From: Lama glama
Lineage: Eukaryota
Direction of reading: 5' to 3'
DNA length: 64,000 nucleotides
NCBI GenBank assembly: GCA_028534125.1
Contig: CM052827.1
Location: 25,358,001-25,422,000 of the forward strand
In this document: in pieces, positions 24,395 through 36,588 of the stretch
Position numbering within the stretch: the stretch's first letter is position 1
Layout: each line of letters begins with the position of its first letter
Made by a program: the position numbers and the translations under genes
Notes under the pieces: generated by a model
Databases searched by the model: none
What the model was told of the DNA's origin: nothing
Seen by the model: the letters and a program-made list of their open reading frames with translations, nothing else

Positions 24395-24870
24395 CTTCTG
24401 ACGGTCAGTTTTATGTGTCCACGTGATTAGGCTATCGTCTCCAATTATTTAAACAAATACTAATCTCACTGCTACTGTGAAGGAGTTTTGTGGATGTGAT
24501 TAAAGTCTCTAATCAGTTGGCTTTAGGGAGGGGGATTAGACGAGGTAATCTGGGCAGACCTGATTCAATCAGGTGAACAGATTCAATCCGGGAGGCTTTC
24601 TTTTTTTTTTTTTTTTTTTTTTTTACATTTTTTATTGATTCATAATCATTTTACAGTGTTGTGTCAAATTCCAGGGGAGGCTTTCTAAAAGAGAAATTCT
24701 GCCTGTGGACAACAGACTCAGCCCATACCCAAGACTTCCACCCTGCCCTTCCTGACCGCCCAGCCTGCAGGTTCAGGACTTGCCTAGCCAGCCAGTTCCT
24801 TGCAATAAATGTATATGAATATATATCTTCTACTGGTTCAGTTTCTTTAATTGAACTCTGACTGATAGAC
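24395..24870 (+). mobile_element. ERVL LTR, MLT2 (MLT2D-like)
   Basis: 'gtcagttttatgtgtccac', 'gatgtgattaaagtctctaatcagttg', 'gaaattctgcctgtggac', end 'tctactggttcagtttc...ctgactgata'. Confidence 0.85.
24602..24674 (-). mobile_element. Very young micro-L1 (about 50 nt of 3' end plus pure polyA) inside the MLT2
   Basis: Uninterrupted T run 24601-24624; L1 end 'ctggaatttgacacaacactgtaaaatgattatgaatcaataaaa' on minus strand; perfect TSD gggaggctttct (24590-24601 / 24675-24686). Confidence 0.9.
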
Positions 24871-25424
24871 CTTCTAATAGACTTCTTTTGTTTCTCTTTT
24901 CATTTAGTTTCTGTTACTTATCACCAAGCACCAAGAAATGGAACCCTACTTAAACTACAGTGTTAAGAATGTTCCCATCGCCCTTTCTCTGGAAACTTCT
25001 CAGCTGGGAGAAGGTCAGTCATAACCTCCACCCCTCATCAGACACAGGCTCTGTGTGGACCAAGGCCTCTTCCGTCCAGATCTGGGGCCCCCACAAGGAT
25101 CCAGTGAACAAGTAATAAAGTCCTATTAGCAACAGGCTGTAAGGACAACCAGTTCCGGGGTTCCTGTCTCTGTGCTCTGCTAATCAGACATGGGATTTGT
25201 CAGAGGCCCTGAAATAGTTACGAACAACTGCTTCAGTGAGTTTAACAGTTGCGCAAATAGAGATGGGCCCACGGGGGACGCGGGAAGACAGGGGACCTGG
25301 GGTTTTCATCTCCTGTTCTCACTTATTCTTAATCCCATCAGACAAAGAAGGAATTTGGGAAATCTCAAGGAGGACTGATGACCAGGCAGTGCCAGGCTGC
25401 AGGCAGGAAGCCACAGGAGCCCTG

Positions 25425-25605
25425 GGGCCTCATGAGCATCTCCTGGGTTGGGGGGGCTTCTTAAAACACAGGTGGCTGGGCGTCTCTGCAGATAATCTGA
25501 TTCTACAGTGGGTACGGGGCTAGAGGGGGTGGATTTTGCATTTTTAACAAATTCCCAGGTGGTGTGGATGCTGCAAATCTGGTGACCTGACTGCTCTACA
25601 ATATT
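25425..25605. mobile_element. MER5A-like DNA transposon
   Basis: 'cttaaaacacaggtggctggg...tttgcatttttaacaaattcccaggtggtgtggatgctgc'. Confidence 0.75.
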
Positions 25606-25834
25606 AACACAATGGCTCAAAAAGGGGAGAAGGTAGACAACTGATGCTTCATCTGGCTAATGAAAGCCAGCCTGAGTCTTATTCTTATCTGAGTCTCTTC
25701 TCTGAACAGCAGGGTTTGCCGTGACCTGCCGGAACTGCCTGGTCATTATATGGGATGTGGTCAGAGGGCCCTGAGTCATCAGTGTGAGTGTCGTTCTGAG
25801 CAAGACCTATCTCACTGTCACTCTTGAAAGGCTC

Positions 25835-26000
25835 AGTTTCACTACTTTATACCTGTGCATCTTGGTAAATGATTTAAAACCTCTGTCCTCCATTTCCTCA
25901 TGTACAAAACGGGGAAAACAATAGTCACTCCTTCCTGGGATGTTGTAAGGACTTCGTGAGCTGCTGTGGATGTAAGGTAGTGGCTCAAGCAGGCAGTTGT
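25835..26000 (+). mobile_element. MIR SINE
   Basis: 'cttggtaaatgatttaaaacctctgtcctccatttcctcatgtacaaaacgggga'. Confidence 0.8.
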
Positions 26001-26004
26001 TATC

Positions 26005-26430
26005 AGTCGGGAGCCTGGCAGAAAACAGAACTTACCTGGGAGGGTTCCAATGAGAAAGCTGCAATGAAGGAACCAAGGTGGGATGTTGAGGCACCCAGAG
26101 ACTTGTAACAGAGAAAAACTCTTCCATCCCCTAGCACTGAAAGGCAAGGAGAGGAAATTGTGCTACAAGAGGCCGGAGAGGGCTGGGGCTTGCAGGAGGG
26201 CCACCCTGGCAGAAGCTGTAGCCGTGGAAGGGAGAAGATGTGGCCAGAGATGCTGCACCAGTGTAGGGAGGGAACAGGGAAGAAATACCCCTACTTCTCT
26301 CTCCTCTTGTCCTATGACCTCCTGCTGGGCTTCCCACTGGCTGAAGCCAAAGGGCAATAAAACCCAGAGATGGAGTGAGCAAGAGTCCACTTCCTGGATC
26401 ACAGAGCAGGGAGAGAAGGCACAGCGCTAG
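26005..26430 (-). mobile_element. Ancient LTR-like element, family uncertain
   Basis: 'gaggcacccagagact', 'tctctctcctc...gacctcctgctgggcttcccactggctgaagccaa' resemble old eutherian LTR families. Confidence 0.45.
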
Positions 26431-28438
26431 GTAAGTGTGTACTGTTGGTTTTGGTACGAGGAACATACAACCTAGCTTCCTGGGGCAATTACAATTTTCA
26501 CTCCTAAAGGTTTCCCAGTTGGGAAGACAAATTGTACGATCATCCTAGTTACTAGCCACGATCAAAGTATGTGAGAATCTGACCTGCAATGAGAAGAAAT
26601 AATTGTGGTCCTTTGGGTACAATGTGTCCAAACTAATGTTCTGTTCATTGATGCAAGTGGGGGTTCCATGGGTGTATTCAGTTGGTGAACACGTATATAT
26701 AGAAGGCTGCACATCTGTGATTTACAGAAAGTGCTTTTCTGAGTTTATCTTATATATCAATAAATAAGCTTATTGTTTTTGAGACTCTAAGCCATACCGC
26801 TTTCAGAGCCAAGAGCACAGAAAATAGCTACTTCACTAGAGCACTCTAGAATGTTCTGTTAAAAAAACCCTAATTGGGAAACAGGACAGCAGGTGCACCA
26901 GGCTCGTGTACAAGAGTACCCCCAGGAGGCTCTCAGGAGCCAGGACAGAGTTCAGTCTCTGTCTCCAAAGAACACATCTCCTACCCGCTTACTTTATCTG
27001 TTTAGCAAACTCACCCCACATCTTGCCTTCTCCTTTGCGCCTGACATCCAGCAGGATCTTTGAAATTTATTTTCTCCTTTTAGCCTGCTGTATTTTTAAT
27101 GTCTGAGTGAAAGAACAAAGGAAGGCGAACCCCAGACAAGATCGTTTCATTCCCCCAACGAGCTGTTGTGTAGCCCGGCTCAAGCTCAGCCAACATAAAT
27201 GTTTTAGAATTCCGCCTTTGCACGGAACAAGTGCCAGTCTAGTCATCAACTCCAAAGTCGGGCCCCTGTTTCTGCCTTTCATTTGGTGACATAAAAAGCC
27301 CCTGCATCAATCATTAACAACCTATTAACACAAGTAGCCCAGAGAAGTTTTCCTGGTCCGGTCAACCGCAGTGGAAGAAATTCCTGTCGCCCGGCCGGCT
27401 GGCCATCCACGTGACGCAGGCTGTTTTTCAGCTTTGAAAAGGGCCTGCTGATTGCTCTTTCATCTCTCTCGAGTAACAGATATCTGGTAGGCTTGCCTTC
27501 CCCGCCCTACTGCAAAATTACCCACCTGCCTCCTCGGCTTCTGGCGTTAAGAGATGCTTGCACAAACACTGACAACACCAACTACGTGCGACCAGCCTGC
27601 CGGACTGTTAGGAGGTGTGCTCGGCACACGGGCCAGAATCAGGTCTGTTCCATCCACACACGTCAGGGCTGGGAGGGTCTTGAGGGGGTCTTGGGAAGGT
27701 AGTTGTCTGCCTCGTGTTTCTGACTCTTGTATCTAATTGATTTTGATTTGAAGCAAAACCAGTCAACAGAAACTTAGGGTTTAAAAAAAAAAAAAAAAGC
27801 CTGTGTAGACACATCCCGGAAGCTGGCAGACCCAGAGAATTAGATTCTCGTCTTGATTTTGACACCGATTCACCAGGTGGCCTTGAGAAAGTCATTGGTC
27901 TGCACCGAACTGGTTTCTTTGCCTATAAATGAGAGCGTTGATCTCCTCTGACTCTTGAAACTCTGACCACGAAATCCCCACCCCAGCGCTGATAGTGTTT
28001 GGTTGAATATCTTACTCCCTTAGTGCTTCTGCTACCTCAGCTTACAAGTCAGGAGAATACGACTTGCCTCTTTTCCCCCTCAAAGAGCTGCAGAGCTGGT
28101 GAAGGTTGGGGCAGCAATTCGAAGACTTTGGAGGAGTAAGGATTCAAAGTTCCAAGGCCTTTAGACAAAAATCCATAGTTACTTCATGCAGGTGCTTGGT
28201 GGGGTCCCTCCGAGCATCTTGGGCATGGACGTAACAGCTCTTCCCTTGGGGCTTTCTCCCTGTGCACCTGTGAGTTTCTTAAGAGAATAGATCCCACTGT
28301 CTCTGCCTGTTACCTGACCCGGAAGCTGACACCTAGTAACTACTCACCATATCTGGGGACCAAACGGCAAGAGGAATGTGTGAAAAGGTAAGATCAATGG
28401 GCAGCAGATAAATTAGCCCATTTAAATTAAGCCACGAG

Positions 28439-28820
28439 GTGGATGGACCTAGAGGCTATTATACTCAGTGAAATAAGTCAGAGGAAATTAAATCTTGTAT
28501 GATATCACTTCGATGTGGAGTTTGAACAATAAAACAAACAGATGTATATAGCAAAACAGAAACAGACTCACAGAGAAAACAAGCTAGTGGTTACCAGTGG
28601 GGAGACAGAAGCGGGGAGGGGAAAGATAGAGGTAGGTGTTTAAGAGACACAAACTACTATGGATAAAACAGATCAACTACGAGGTACAGCACCGGGAATT
28701 CTAGCCATTATCTTGTAATACATTTTAAAGGAATATAATCTGTAAAAACACTAAATCATGATGCTGTATACCTGAAAATAATGTAACATTATAAATCAAC
28801 TTCGATTCAAAAAAGCAATT
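28439..28820 (+). mobile_element. 5'-truncated L1 3' end
   Basis: 'tggatggacctagagg...ctcagtgaaataagtcaga...aacagactcacaga...gtggttaccagtgggga'; perfect 14-bp TSD aattaagccacgag (28425-28438 / 28821-28834). Confidence 0.93.
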
Positions 28821-29277
28821 AATTAAGCCACGAGAAGGAAGAAATGGACTGGAGGGGAGTGGAATACCATATACACACCACCAACTGCTTCCTCTGTCTC
28901 ATTTTATCTCAGCAGTCAAGTATTAATTCTTTTGTCTACCTTTTAAAATTTTTTAAACTACCAAGGCACTGCTAAAGTCAATATCCTAAAAGTGGTATTT
29001 TAAACTCTAAGCCTGCCAAGGAGACAGAATTGGACAGGTGCCAGCATTCCAGTTTGGGAACTAGACCGTCTGCTTCCACACCAAGCCCACCCTTAACACT
29101 ATTTGTATTCCCACCCTCACCCGCTTATTACTCGGTCCACTCACATGATAACTGCTCCTTTGAAAGGGGAGGACTCTGTCTTCCTTCATTTATTCATCTG
29201 AAGGATATTTATTGAGAGTCCATAATATACCAGGTACTATCCTGGATCCAAGAGCTAGAAGAGTGAAGAAGGCATGA

Positions 29278-29648
29278 ATATCAGTCAGGAGAGGCTGGAT
29301 CATGCTGCAGAAACAAGCAAGCTGGCCATCTCGGAACCATAAAATATTAAGTGGTCTTCTCATCCGAGGAACACGTCCATCACTGGTCAGCAGGGGGGCT
29401 CTGCTCTTCTAATTCCCTCAGAGACCCAGGCAGGACAGGAGCATCTGCATTTCTACAGCAGTGGGAAAGGGCAGTAGTGAATCATGTACTCGCTCTTTAA
29501 GCTTCCTTCTCTAAGTGACACATGTCACTTCTGCTCTCATGTCATTGCCTTTGCCGACTTTTAAGGTGGCCTGGAAATGCAATCCTATCCTGTGCTGGAA
29601 GGAAGAAATAACTGGAATGTTAGTGATCAGCACTAATGATCTGACACA
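29278..29648 (-). mobile_element. MaLR LTR (MLT1L-like) inserted in an L2 remnant (29184-29720)
   Basis: 'tcagtcaggagaggctggatcatgctgcag...aagtgacacatgtcacttctgctc...cagcactaatgatctgacaca'. Confidence 0.8.
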
Positions 29649-30044
29649 GTTCCTGCCCTCCTGCTTGTGAGAGTCTCAGGCGTGTAATCCATCACTACTA
29701 GAGCCTGGTAAGTGCTGGGGCCTGCTGGGGGCCTCGCGGGGAGCCAGGGGACAATGGGGATGAGGGGCCCGGCCCATGTCCCTGCGGCTGCAGAAGAGAA
29801 AATAACCTTTATCTTTCTCTGTTTAACAGAGACCTCAAAAGTCAGCTGGGATGAAATCTCTAATAGTCAGCGAGAGTGAAAGGCAGCATTATTTTGGCAG
29901 TGCAAGCGAAATTTGTAAATGCTTTCCCTGTCTCTCAACTTTATTTGCCTATATATTTTCCCTTTTATTCCATTGTGAGCAAAGCTAAGTTTTCTCTTTT
30001 AAGAGCAAAACAATTAGAAATTCAGAAAGTCTACCTGGGCTATC

Positions 30045-30270
30045 CATTGCTCATTTAACAAAGATTTCATGAGCACTTACTATATGCTAGGCACTATGCT
30101 AGTGTCCTTATGCAGTGAGCTCAGAGAACTGCTCCGTGCTTTGCTCCTTGGAGATAAAGAGAAGAGATACACCTTAATCAAAGAAACATGCAAACAGCTG
30201 TATGGTTCTACATCATGACAAGTGCTATGTAGGCAAAGAATAGATTCCTGTAAGCTGTGTCAAGGAAATG
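30045..30270 (-). mobile_element. L2 3' end
   Basis: 'cattgctcatttaacaaagatttcatgagcacttactatatgctaggcactatgctag'. Confidence 0.75.
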
Positions 30271-30514
30271 GAAGATAATCTCCACCTGCCAGTTTACAAG
30301 TTCCTGGAAAGCTGATTTTGTCTCCCATTTCTTCTTTCAACCAACAGACATTTAGTGGAAACCTACTCTGTGAAAAGCCCTGGAAAGGGCGGGGGTGGCA
30401 GGGAGAGGAAGGCTCTGATTGGGGAGAGGAACCAAAAGTCAGTGAAACACAAGTTCTGCTCTCTCTAAGTTCACCATCTCATGGAGGAGGCAGAGAGGTA
30501 AACAGACCCATGGA

Positions 30515-30760
30515 AAAGGCCATGTGAAGACGGAGGCAGGGACTACAGAGACGCTGCCACAAGCCAAGGCATCTCTGGNNNNNNNNNNNNNNNNNNNNNN
30601 NNNNNNNNNNNNNNNNNNNNNNNNNNNNNNNNNNNNNNNNNNNNNNNNNNNNNNNNNNNNNNNNNNNNNNNNNNNNNNNNNNNNNNNNNNNNNNNNNNNN
30701 NNNNNNNNNNNNNNNNNNNNNNNNNNNNNNNNNNTTATTGCAGCTCTAAGAAACCATAGA
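30515..30760 (+). mobile_element. MLT1C/D-like LTR fragment, centre under N-run
   Basis: 'ggccatgtgaagacggaggcag...gccacaagccaagg' before the Ns and LTR end 'ttattgcagctctaagaaac' after. Confidence 0.75.
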
Positions 30761-32009
30761 GAATTCCAGTATCTAACACCCTGTACAGCAGAATCACAGC
30801 ATATCAGCCCCGATCTGGTCCGATCTCCTCCTAGTCCTGAAAATGAACATTGAATAGCTGGGGAACCGAAGCTCAGGGTCAACCACGAAGTGCAGATCCG
30901 TTTCAACCTAAAAGTCAGCCCTGAATTCCTTCCCTGACACTTTCTGTCTAAGGGAACCTGAGAACGCAGTGGGGGGATGTCCCTTCTCCATGTCCCGCTC
31001 GGTCCCCATCCCCGTGCCCACCCCCTGGTCTATCTGTGCTTCCTAGGCACCCCCTCCCCCAGGCCACCCTGCCTTGTTCGGCTGCTGGAACCTTTGCCAA
31101 AACCCATATTTAGTTGTTGAAAGTTCCTTGCCTGGACGCCTCTGAAGTTAATGATGGAATCTTTGAAAATGACATTAGAAGCAAAACATAAGCAGCAGAA
31201 GACATGAAACCACCTCGAGTCCATCTGTTCAAGCACGAAGCACCTCAGAGCTCCCGTTTCCCATGTAAAACAGAAGATGTGATTTATAATTTATATCTCA
31301 CCAGTACAACCCTGATTGAAGCAAACCACTTTGATGAAATGTTGGTTTCATGCTAGTGGAACACCATTCCAAATCAGAGAATATTTAGAACTCTAACTCC
31401 TCTGCTGCCACTTTGAAGTAGAAAGATTTGTATTTTATATGCTTTTCTTTAAAAAAAAAAAAAAGAAAAGAAAAAGAAGAAAGAAAAATATGTACACTCC
31501 AGCATGCGTGTGGTGGAAATATGAAAACATTTACGTGTGAATCAGCACCAAAATGTAATTACTGCTTTAAGCATTGAAAATATTTATAGACTCGTATCTC
31601 ATGTTGAAGACCTGGTTCCAATAATTCTCAGAAAACTGCAAAATTCAATACTTGGTTTTTTGGGGACTAATTTAATTTATTTGAAATCTACAATGCATGA
31701 AGAATGAAATCAAAGAGCACCAACTTTCCATCACCTCGGCTAATGATCTAATAAAGTTGTACTAATAAACTAAATGTATGTGTATAAATGTATATGACTT
31801 TGGCTGAGAAAGGGAGAGATGGAGTCAGAAAGAGAGACAGAAATGGGAAGAGAAATCAGCTGAAATTTGGAAGACAGTCCCTCCTATCCTTTTGGGAGCA
31901 GCCAGAAAATATCTTATGCTACAACCAAACCATCAGACAATCCAGGTATGTCTCTTCATTATTTCCCCCAGTGACAAGACTAGCCGTAGTTAGTTGACAT
32001 CATGATGAA

Positions 32010-32450
32010 TAATCATTCATTCGTTCACAGGTGTTCACTGATATCCTCTGTGCCAAGCACCATTCTAGAGGCTAAAGATGTTCTAATAAGCAAAGGCTCC
32101 TATCCTCATGGACTTACAGTGAAGGGTCAGAAAATGAATAAACACAAACATGCCCTTATAAAATGAACAATTTCGAAAGCAGGGAATGATTTTAAAATAA
32201 GGAGGGGAAAAAAAGGATGCGTCATTTTTAATTGGGAAGACCTTTCTGGAGAGATTTGAGCATTTGGGTAGTTATGTGAATTAACTGAGGGAGACCATTG
32301 GGCCAAGACCTGGGCTAGAGCACCCTTTAGAGAGGGATGAATGGGGTGAAGAGGAGGAGATGAGGATGAGGTCAGGGAGATGGGCAGAGCCAGACCCCAT
32401 GGGGTACCACAGGGACGCCACGCAGACTTCATTCTGCATCAGAACCAGAA
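32010..32450 (-). mobile_element. L2 fragment
   Basis: 'cattcattcgttcacag...tgtgccaagcaccattctagaggct...ctatcctcatggacttacagt'. Confidence 0.75.
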
Positions 32451-32674
32451 AGGGTGAGTTTAGCTCTTTGGGGTCAGTCTGACAACCATATTCTAAGTGT
32501 CTATGATGGACAAGGCTCTGAAGGTACTAGGCATCACGGGACAAGGAAAGACAAATTCATGATGACTATAGAATAAGGAAGCATTAGATAAGATGGGACA
32601 CAAAGGGCTTTGTCTTTGACCTGAACTGGACATTTGGGCAGGTAGAAATGGGAGAACAACTTGAGAGAAACTCA

Positions 32675-33345
32675 TGTATTCATCTGTTCATTCAATCAGT
32701 CAGTGTTTATGGTGTGCCAAGCACTATGCTAGCAGGCCGTGAGAATACACAGCTGACAAAAACAAAACGAAGCTCGTGCTCTTATACATCTTAGAGTCCG
32801 TGAGTTGCACGCACACATAGAGTTGTGACCGCAGGGAGTATCATACAAGAGGGGCTCGTGGTGGGCTTGACAAGGGTTATCAGAGAGATTTCCTAGAGAA
32901 GGCAAGTCTGACCAGGAGCAGAAGGAGGATTAGGTGTTACCAGAGGGAAGAGGGATGGCAGTAAGGAGATGTCCAGGTGGAGAGAAAGGCAAAGATCCTG
33001 TGGTTCAAGGAGTTGGAAGGAGAATGATAGGAAGCTTGGCCTGAGATGAGGCTGGCATGGAGGGTGCCAGGGTCTAGCCATGGTGAAAGCTGAGACTCAC
33101 ATGAAGACTTGGGTCTGTGTCTTAAGAGCAATGGAAACTGGAGGTGAGGGCAATGAAATAGGATTGCATACTGAAAAATTCACTCTGATTTTGGAGGATG
33201 GAGAACAGACTGGGGGACAGAAACTAGAGCTACATTAGGGAAATCAGATAGGGGCTCCTGCAAGTCTAGGCTAGGGGAGAAGCTGGTGGTGGTGGTGATG
33301 GTAGAAACAGAGGGGAAGGAAAGTGATCAGGTTCAAGAGAGAAAT
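32675..33345 (-). mobile_element. L2 fragment
   Basis: 'ttcattcaatcagtcagtgtttatggtgtgccaagcactatgctag...cttaagagcaatggaaac'. Confidence 0.75.
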
Positions 33346-33354
33346 TTACAATGT

Positions 33355-33688
33355 TGTGTTAGGTCTCAGGCTTATGATTGATGTGGTCATATGATTTGCT
33401 TGCCAATGAATCATGACATATGTCAAGCTGATAATTCCAGGTGGAAGCTTTAAGAACCAGGTAATATGTGATTGCCCACTCTCTCTTTCCCTTTGAATGA
33501 CACTTCTCATTACTTCAAATGGTGGCCACTTATACAGTCTGGGTCCCTTGTCCAGAAGAAACACGGAACAGAGCCCCAAGGGACCCACTGGCTATGTAGC
33601 TTGAGTCAAAAATCGACTTCTGAAATCTTAAGCCTCTGAGATCGGGGGACTGCTTGTTACTGCAGCGTAACTTACCCTATCCTGCCCC
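33355..33688 (+). mobile_element. MaLR LTR (MLT1I/L-like)
   Basis: 'ttccaggtggaagctttaagaaccag', end 'ttaagcctctgagat...ttgttactgcagcgtaacttaccctatcctg'. Confidence 0.8.
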
Positions 33689-34663
33689 TCAAAAAGAAGT
33701 AAGCAGAAGGCACAAGTGGGACACCATTGGGAGGAATTGAGATGGAAAAGACAATTACCCTGAGATCTCTCCAGTACTTATTTTCAGGCAGTTTTCAAGC
33801 ACAACTCAGTGCTCCAAGGGAGTCTCCTGCTCCTTGTCCCCTCCAACTTCAATCTGATGCAGTTCAGTGTGACACAAAGGAAAGTGAATCTGTCTCCAGC
33901 AAACGTGGCCTTCAGTGGTAGCAGAGCACTTTGAAGATGACAAGTTCTCTTGTGAGTGCTAAGCATTATTATTCTGCATCTGATGTGAGTATGCACTTTA
34001 AAAAAAAAGACCCAATTGAACTGCTTTGTCATTGTTTAGTGATACGACCATCAGACATTTTCAAAAGGGTCAAGACACAGCAGGAATATTTAACTCCTAG
34101 GAGGAGCAGAGAGTAACTGAAGTAAGCCAGAGGCTGAGCCAGGAACTAAAGGACCGGGTGTTAGTTTAGCAGTGGAATTCGTGGGCAAGAGTGTCCACTG
34201 CTGTATGATGGAGTCACTGTACTCGTTTAAAGAGTCTAAAAGTACAGAACTTGCGGGGGGACTGCTCAAATGGAGCCAAGACTGCGGCAGTTGTATATGG
34301 GCAGGTGAGGCTGAGAGAGCCCACCTGGGACATAAGGAAGGATAGATGGATGCAGACATGCAACCCCATAGTCCCTGGTGTTTCCTATGCATCAATGCCT
34401 CAGATAAAAGAATCTGGGGGAAACCGTCCAGCTCAGCCCCATGAGCCGCCCCCCACTTCACTTTTGCTGTTGGACCACTGCAGTCATTCAGTGCTGGTCA
34501 TCTTCATTACAAAAAGTATGGAAGAGGATGAGGAGGCAAAGGATGGCAGGGAGAAGAGGAAGAGAGGGTGACTGGGATAGTTGGGAGGCTGGGATGGTGC
34601 CAACAGGCAAACATCTTTAGGTCTAATACGAAGGAGGCTGGTCCTAAGGTTCTACCATTACAG

Positions 34664-35297
34664 TGTGGGAGCAGGGGGTTGCGGTTTCAGTCATACCACT
34701 ACTTACTTACATGTACAAAGAAAATGTAGCTGCTTTATTTTGTCTAACTGATCTCATCTCCCCAAGCCTCTTGCCACTACGATGTATGTTGGGTGGTGGG
34801 TTCTAGAAAGGATATTTTAAGCTTGCTAATTAAAGATGACTCCATTCCCTCAGTTGGTAGCATCTCTTCTCAGTTAACACAGTCCTGTCCAGTCTTCATG
34901 TTTATGACATTGAAGGGAGGGGACCTCTTATCCACACGGTGCCCTCTGAGTACTCACTGGTACCTTCTGCAGAGCAGCCGCTGGTGTCTGCTCTGCTCCC
35001 AGGATCAGAGCCTCCCAGTGATCTGCCCCATCTCGACATTCAAGCTGGTGCTTACGTGGAGGCTGTGGTCCCAGCATTTCCCCCCAAGGAGGGCAGTCAG
35101 AACTCCAGTGACACACAGCTGGCCTCCCCTATATGACCATGCCCTTCAAGTTCCTCTCACCTCTCCCCTGCCAGGAAGTGCCTTTCTACTTCCTCTTCTT
35201 ATCCGGCACTTCTTATTCCTACCTCATATCATATTCCTGCCCAAGGTGGCATTCACCCTTCATTGGAGCAGTCACCTGGGACTGGCTCTAGACCACA
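34664..35297 (-). mobile_element. Probable ancient solo LTR (MamGypLTR-like)
   Basis: Inverted termini TGTGG...CCACA; minus-strand AATAAA (34734-34739) about 70 nt from the 3' end; no TSD visible. Confidence 0.45.
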
Positions 35298-36174
35298 TTA
35301 TTTATAGAGGAGTCGGACGAAAACCACAGGCATTTACTATTTCTAAAATATTTTCTCCATTACAAGAGGTGCATTCCTTTAGCCTAAGGTTTATTTCATC
35401 TCATAAAATGCAGATATGCCTCAGGGATGTCAAGCAAAACTTCTTCTTTCAAAAAACACTATTGGATAATATGAGTTCATTGCATAATCTTAGCCCATTT
35501 ATTCACTCAGGACCTGGTCACTGCACAGTGCCAGGAAATGGGGCTCCTAAACTACTGACGGGGAGAGAAAAGGGCAAGAACAAGGGATGAATGACAGCAG
35601 TGAGAAGGGCCACCCGGGGAGAGTACAGGATGCTGTGGGAATGAAAGACTTCGGCCAGGGGCTCTGGGATGGCTAGCTGAGCAGGTGACAAGGAACATGG
35701 AAGAACGAAAAGGGGTTCTCGAGGTGGGGTGGGGCAGAGAGGACAGGTCCTCACAACAAAAGCGGCAGGATGTGCAGGAGCCTTGAGGGAGGAAGGAGCT
35801 TGGCGGGTCCCTTCCAAAGTGAACTCTGGAAATTGGCTTTTAAAGGGAAGGAGGGAGGGAAGGTCATGGAAGAGAGAGGCTGGAGGGAAGGAGTGACAGG
35901 AGGAAGGCAAGTCCATCAAAAGTCACATTGAGAAATTGATGGGCCAAATTGTGGGCCACTTTTTCACTGTTGATTGCAGAAAACCCACAGATGTGTGACA
36001 TCCTATTCTTGTCACTTCCAAACTGATTTTGGCTGGCCCTCCCCTTTGGCCAGCTCTGTGCGTTTTCAGGTTCTGTCCTGATCCTCTCGGGGAAGACTGG
36101 CTGGAAAGGACCATCAGTGACACACTGACTTAGCACCCAGTGTTAACCAGGTCCTCCCAGCTACAAATTCATAT

Positions 36175-36395
36175 CATGAATAGTAAACCACTATTAAATG
36201 CTAACCGTATGCCACATATTCTGCTAAGTGTCGGACCTGTATACATCATTCTTACAGTACAGTACAGAGAAGGGTAGTTGCAAGCCCTATTTGATAGATA
36301 AAGATAATGGTGATCAGAGAGGTTAAATCACTTGCCCAATGTCACACAGCTAGTAAGTGACTAAGCTGGCATCTGAACCTAAACAGTATCTCTCT
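36175..36395 (-). mobile_element. MIR SINE
   Basis: 'cagagaggttaaatcacttgcccaatgtcacacagctagtaagtg...ctgaacc'. Confidence 0.88.
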
Positions 36396-36399
36396 AGGG

Positions 36400-36557
36400 C
36401 AGGGTTGGCAAACTATGGCAAACTATGGCTCACAGACCACTCCAGTCCACTACATGTTCTGGTACAGCCTGTGAGCTTGGATAGGTTTTACGTTTTTAAA
36501 TAGTTGGTGGGGAGGGATGTGCAAAGTTTGTCGCACCACAAAGCCTACAATGTTTAA
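36400..36557. mobile_element. MER58-like hAT-Charlie element
   Basis: TIR-like 'cagggttggcaaactatggc' with a local 10-bp duplication; 'tggtacagcctgtgagct...gttttacgtttttaaatagttgg'. Confidence 0.7.
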
Positions 36558-36588
36558 AAGAACAAATAGATCAAAATAAGAATTCCGT

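Noticed and set aside
29384-29402. Additional CTCF-like motifs (ggtcagcaggggggct; also ~27869 and ~45448)
   Set aside because: Weaker matches, two of them inside MLT1 or MIR remnants; not distinguishable from chance without ChIP data.
34793-35590. Longest N-free ORF (265 aa) as a protein-coding gene
   Set aside because: GTG start, no recognisable domain, Leu/Ser/Pro-rich composition typical of random pyrimidine-rich DNA, and it overlaps a probable LTR in antisense.
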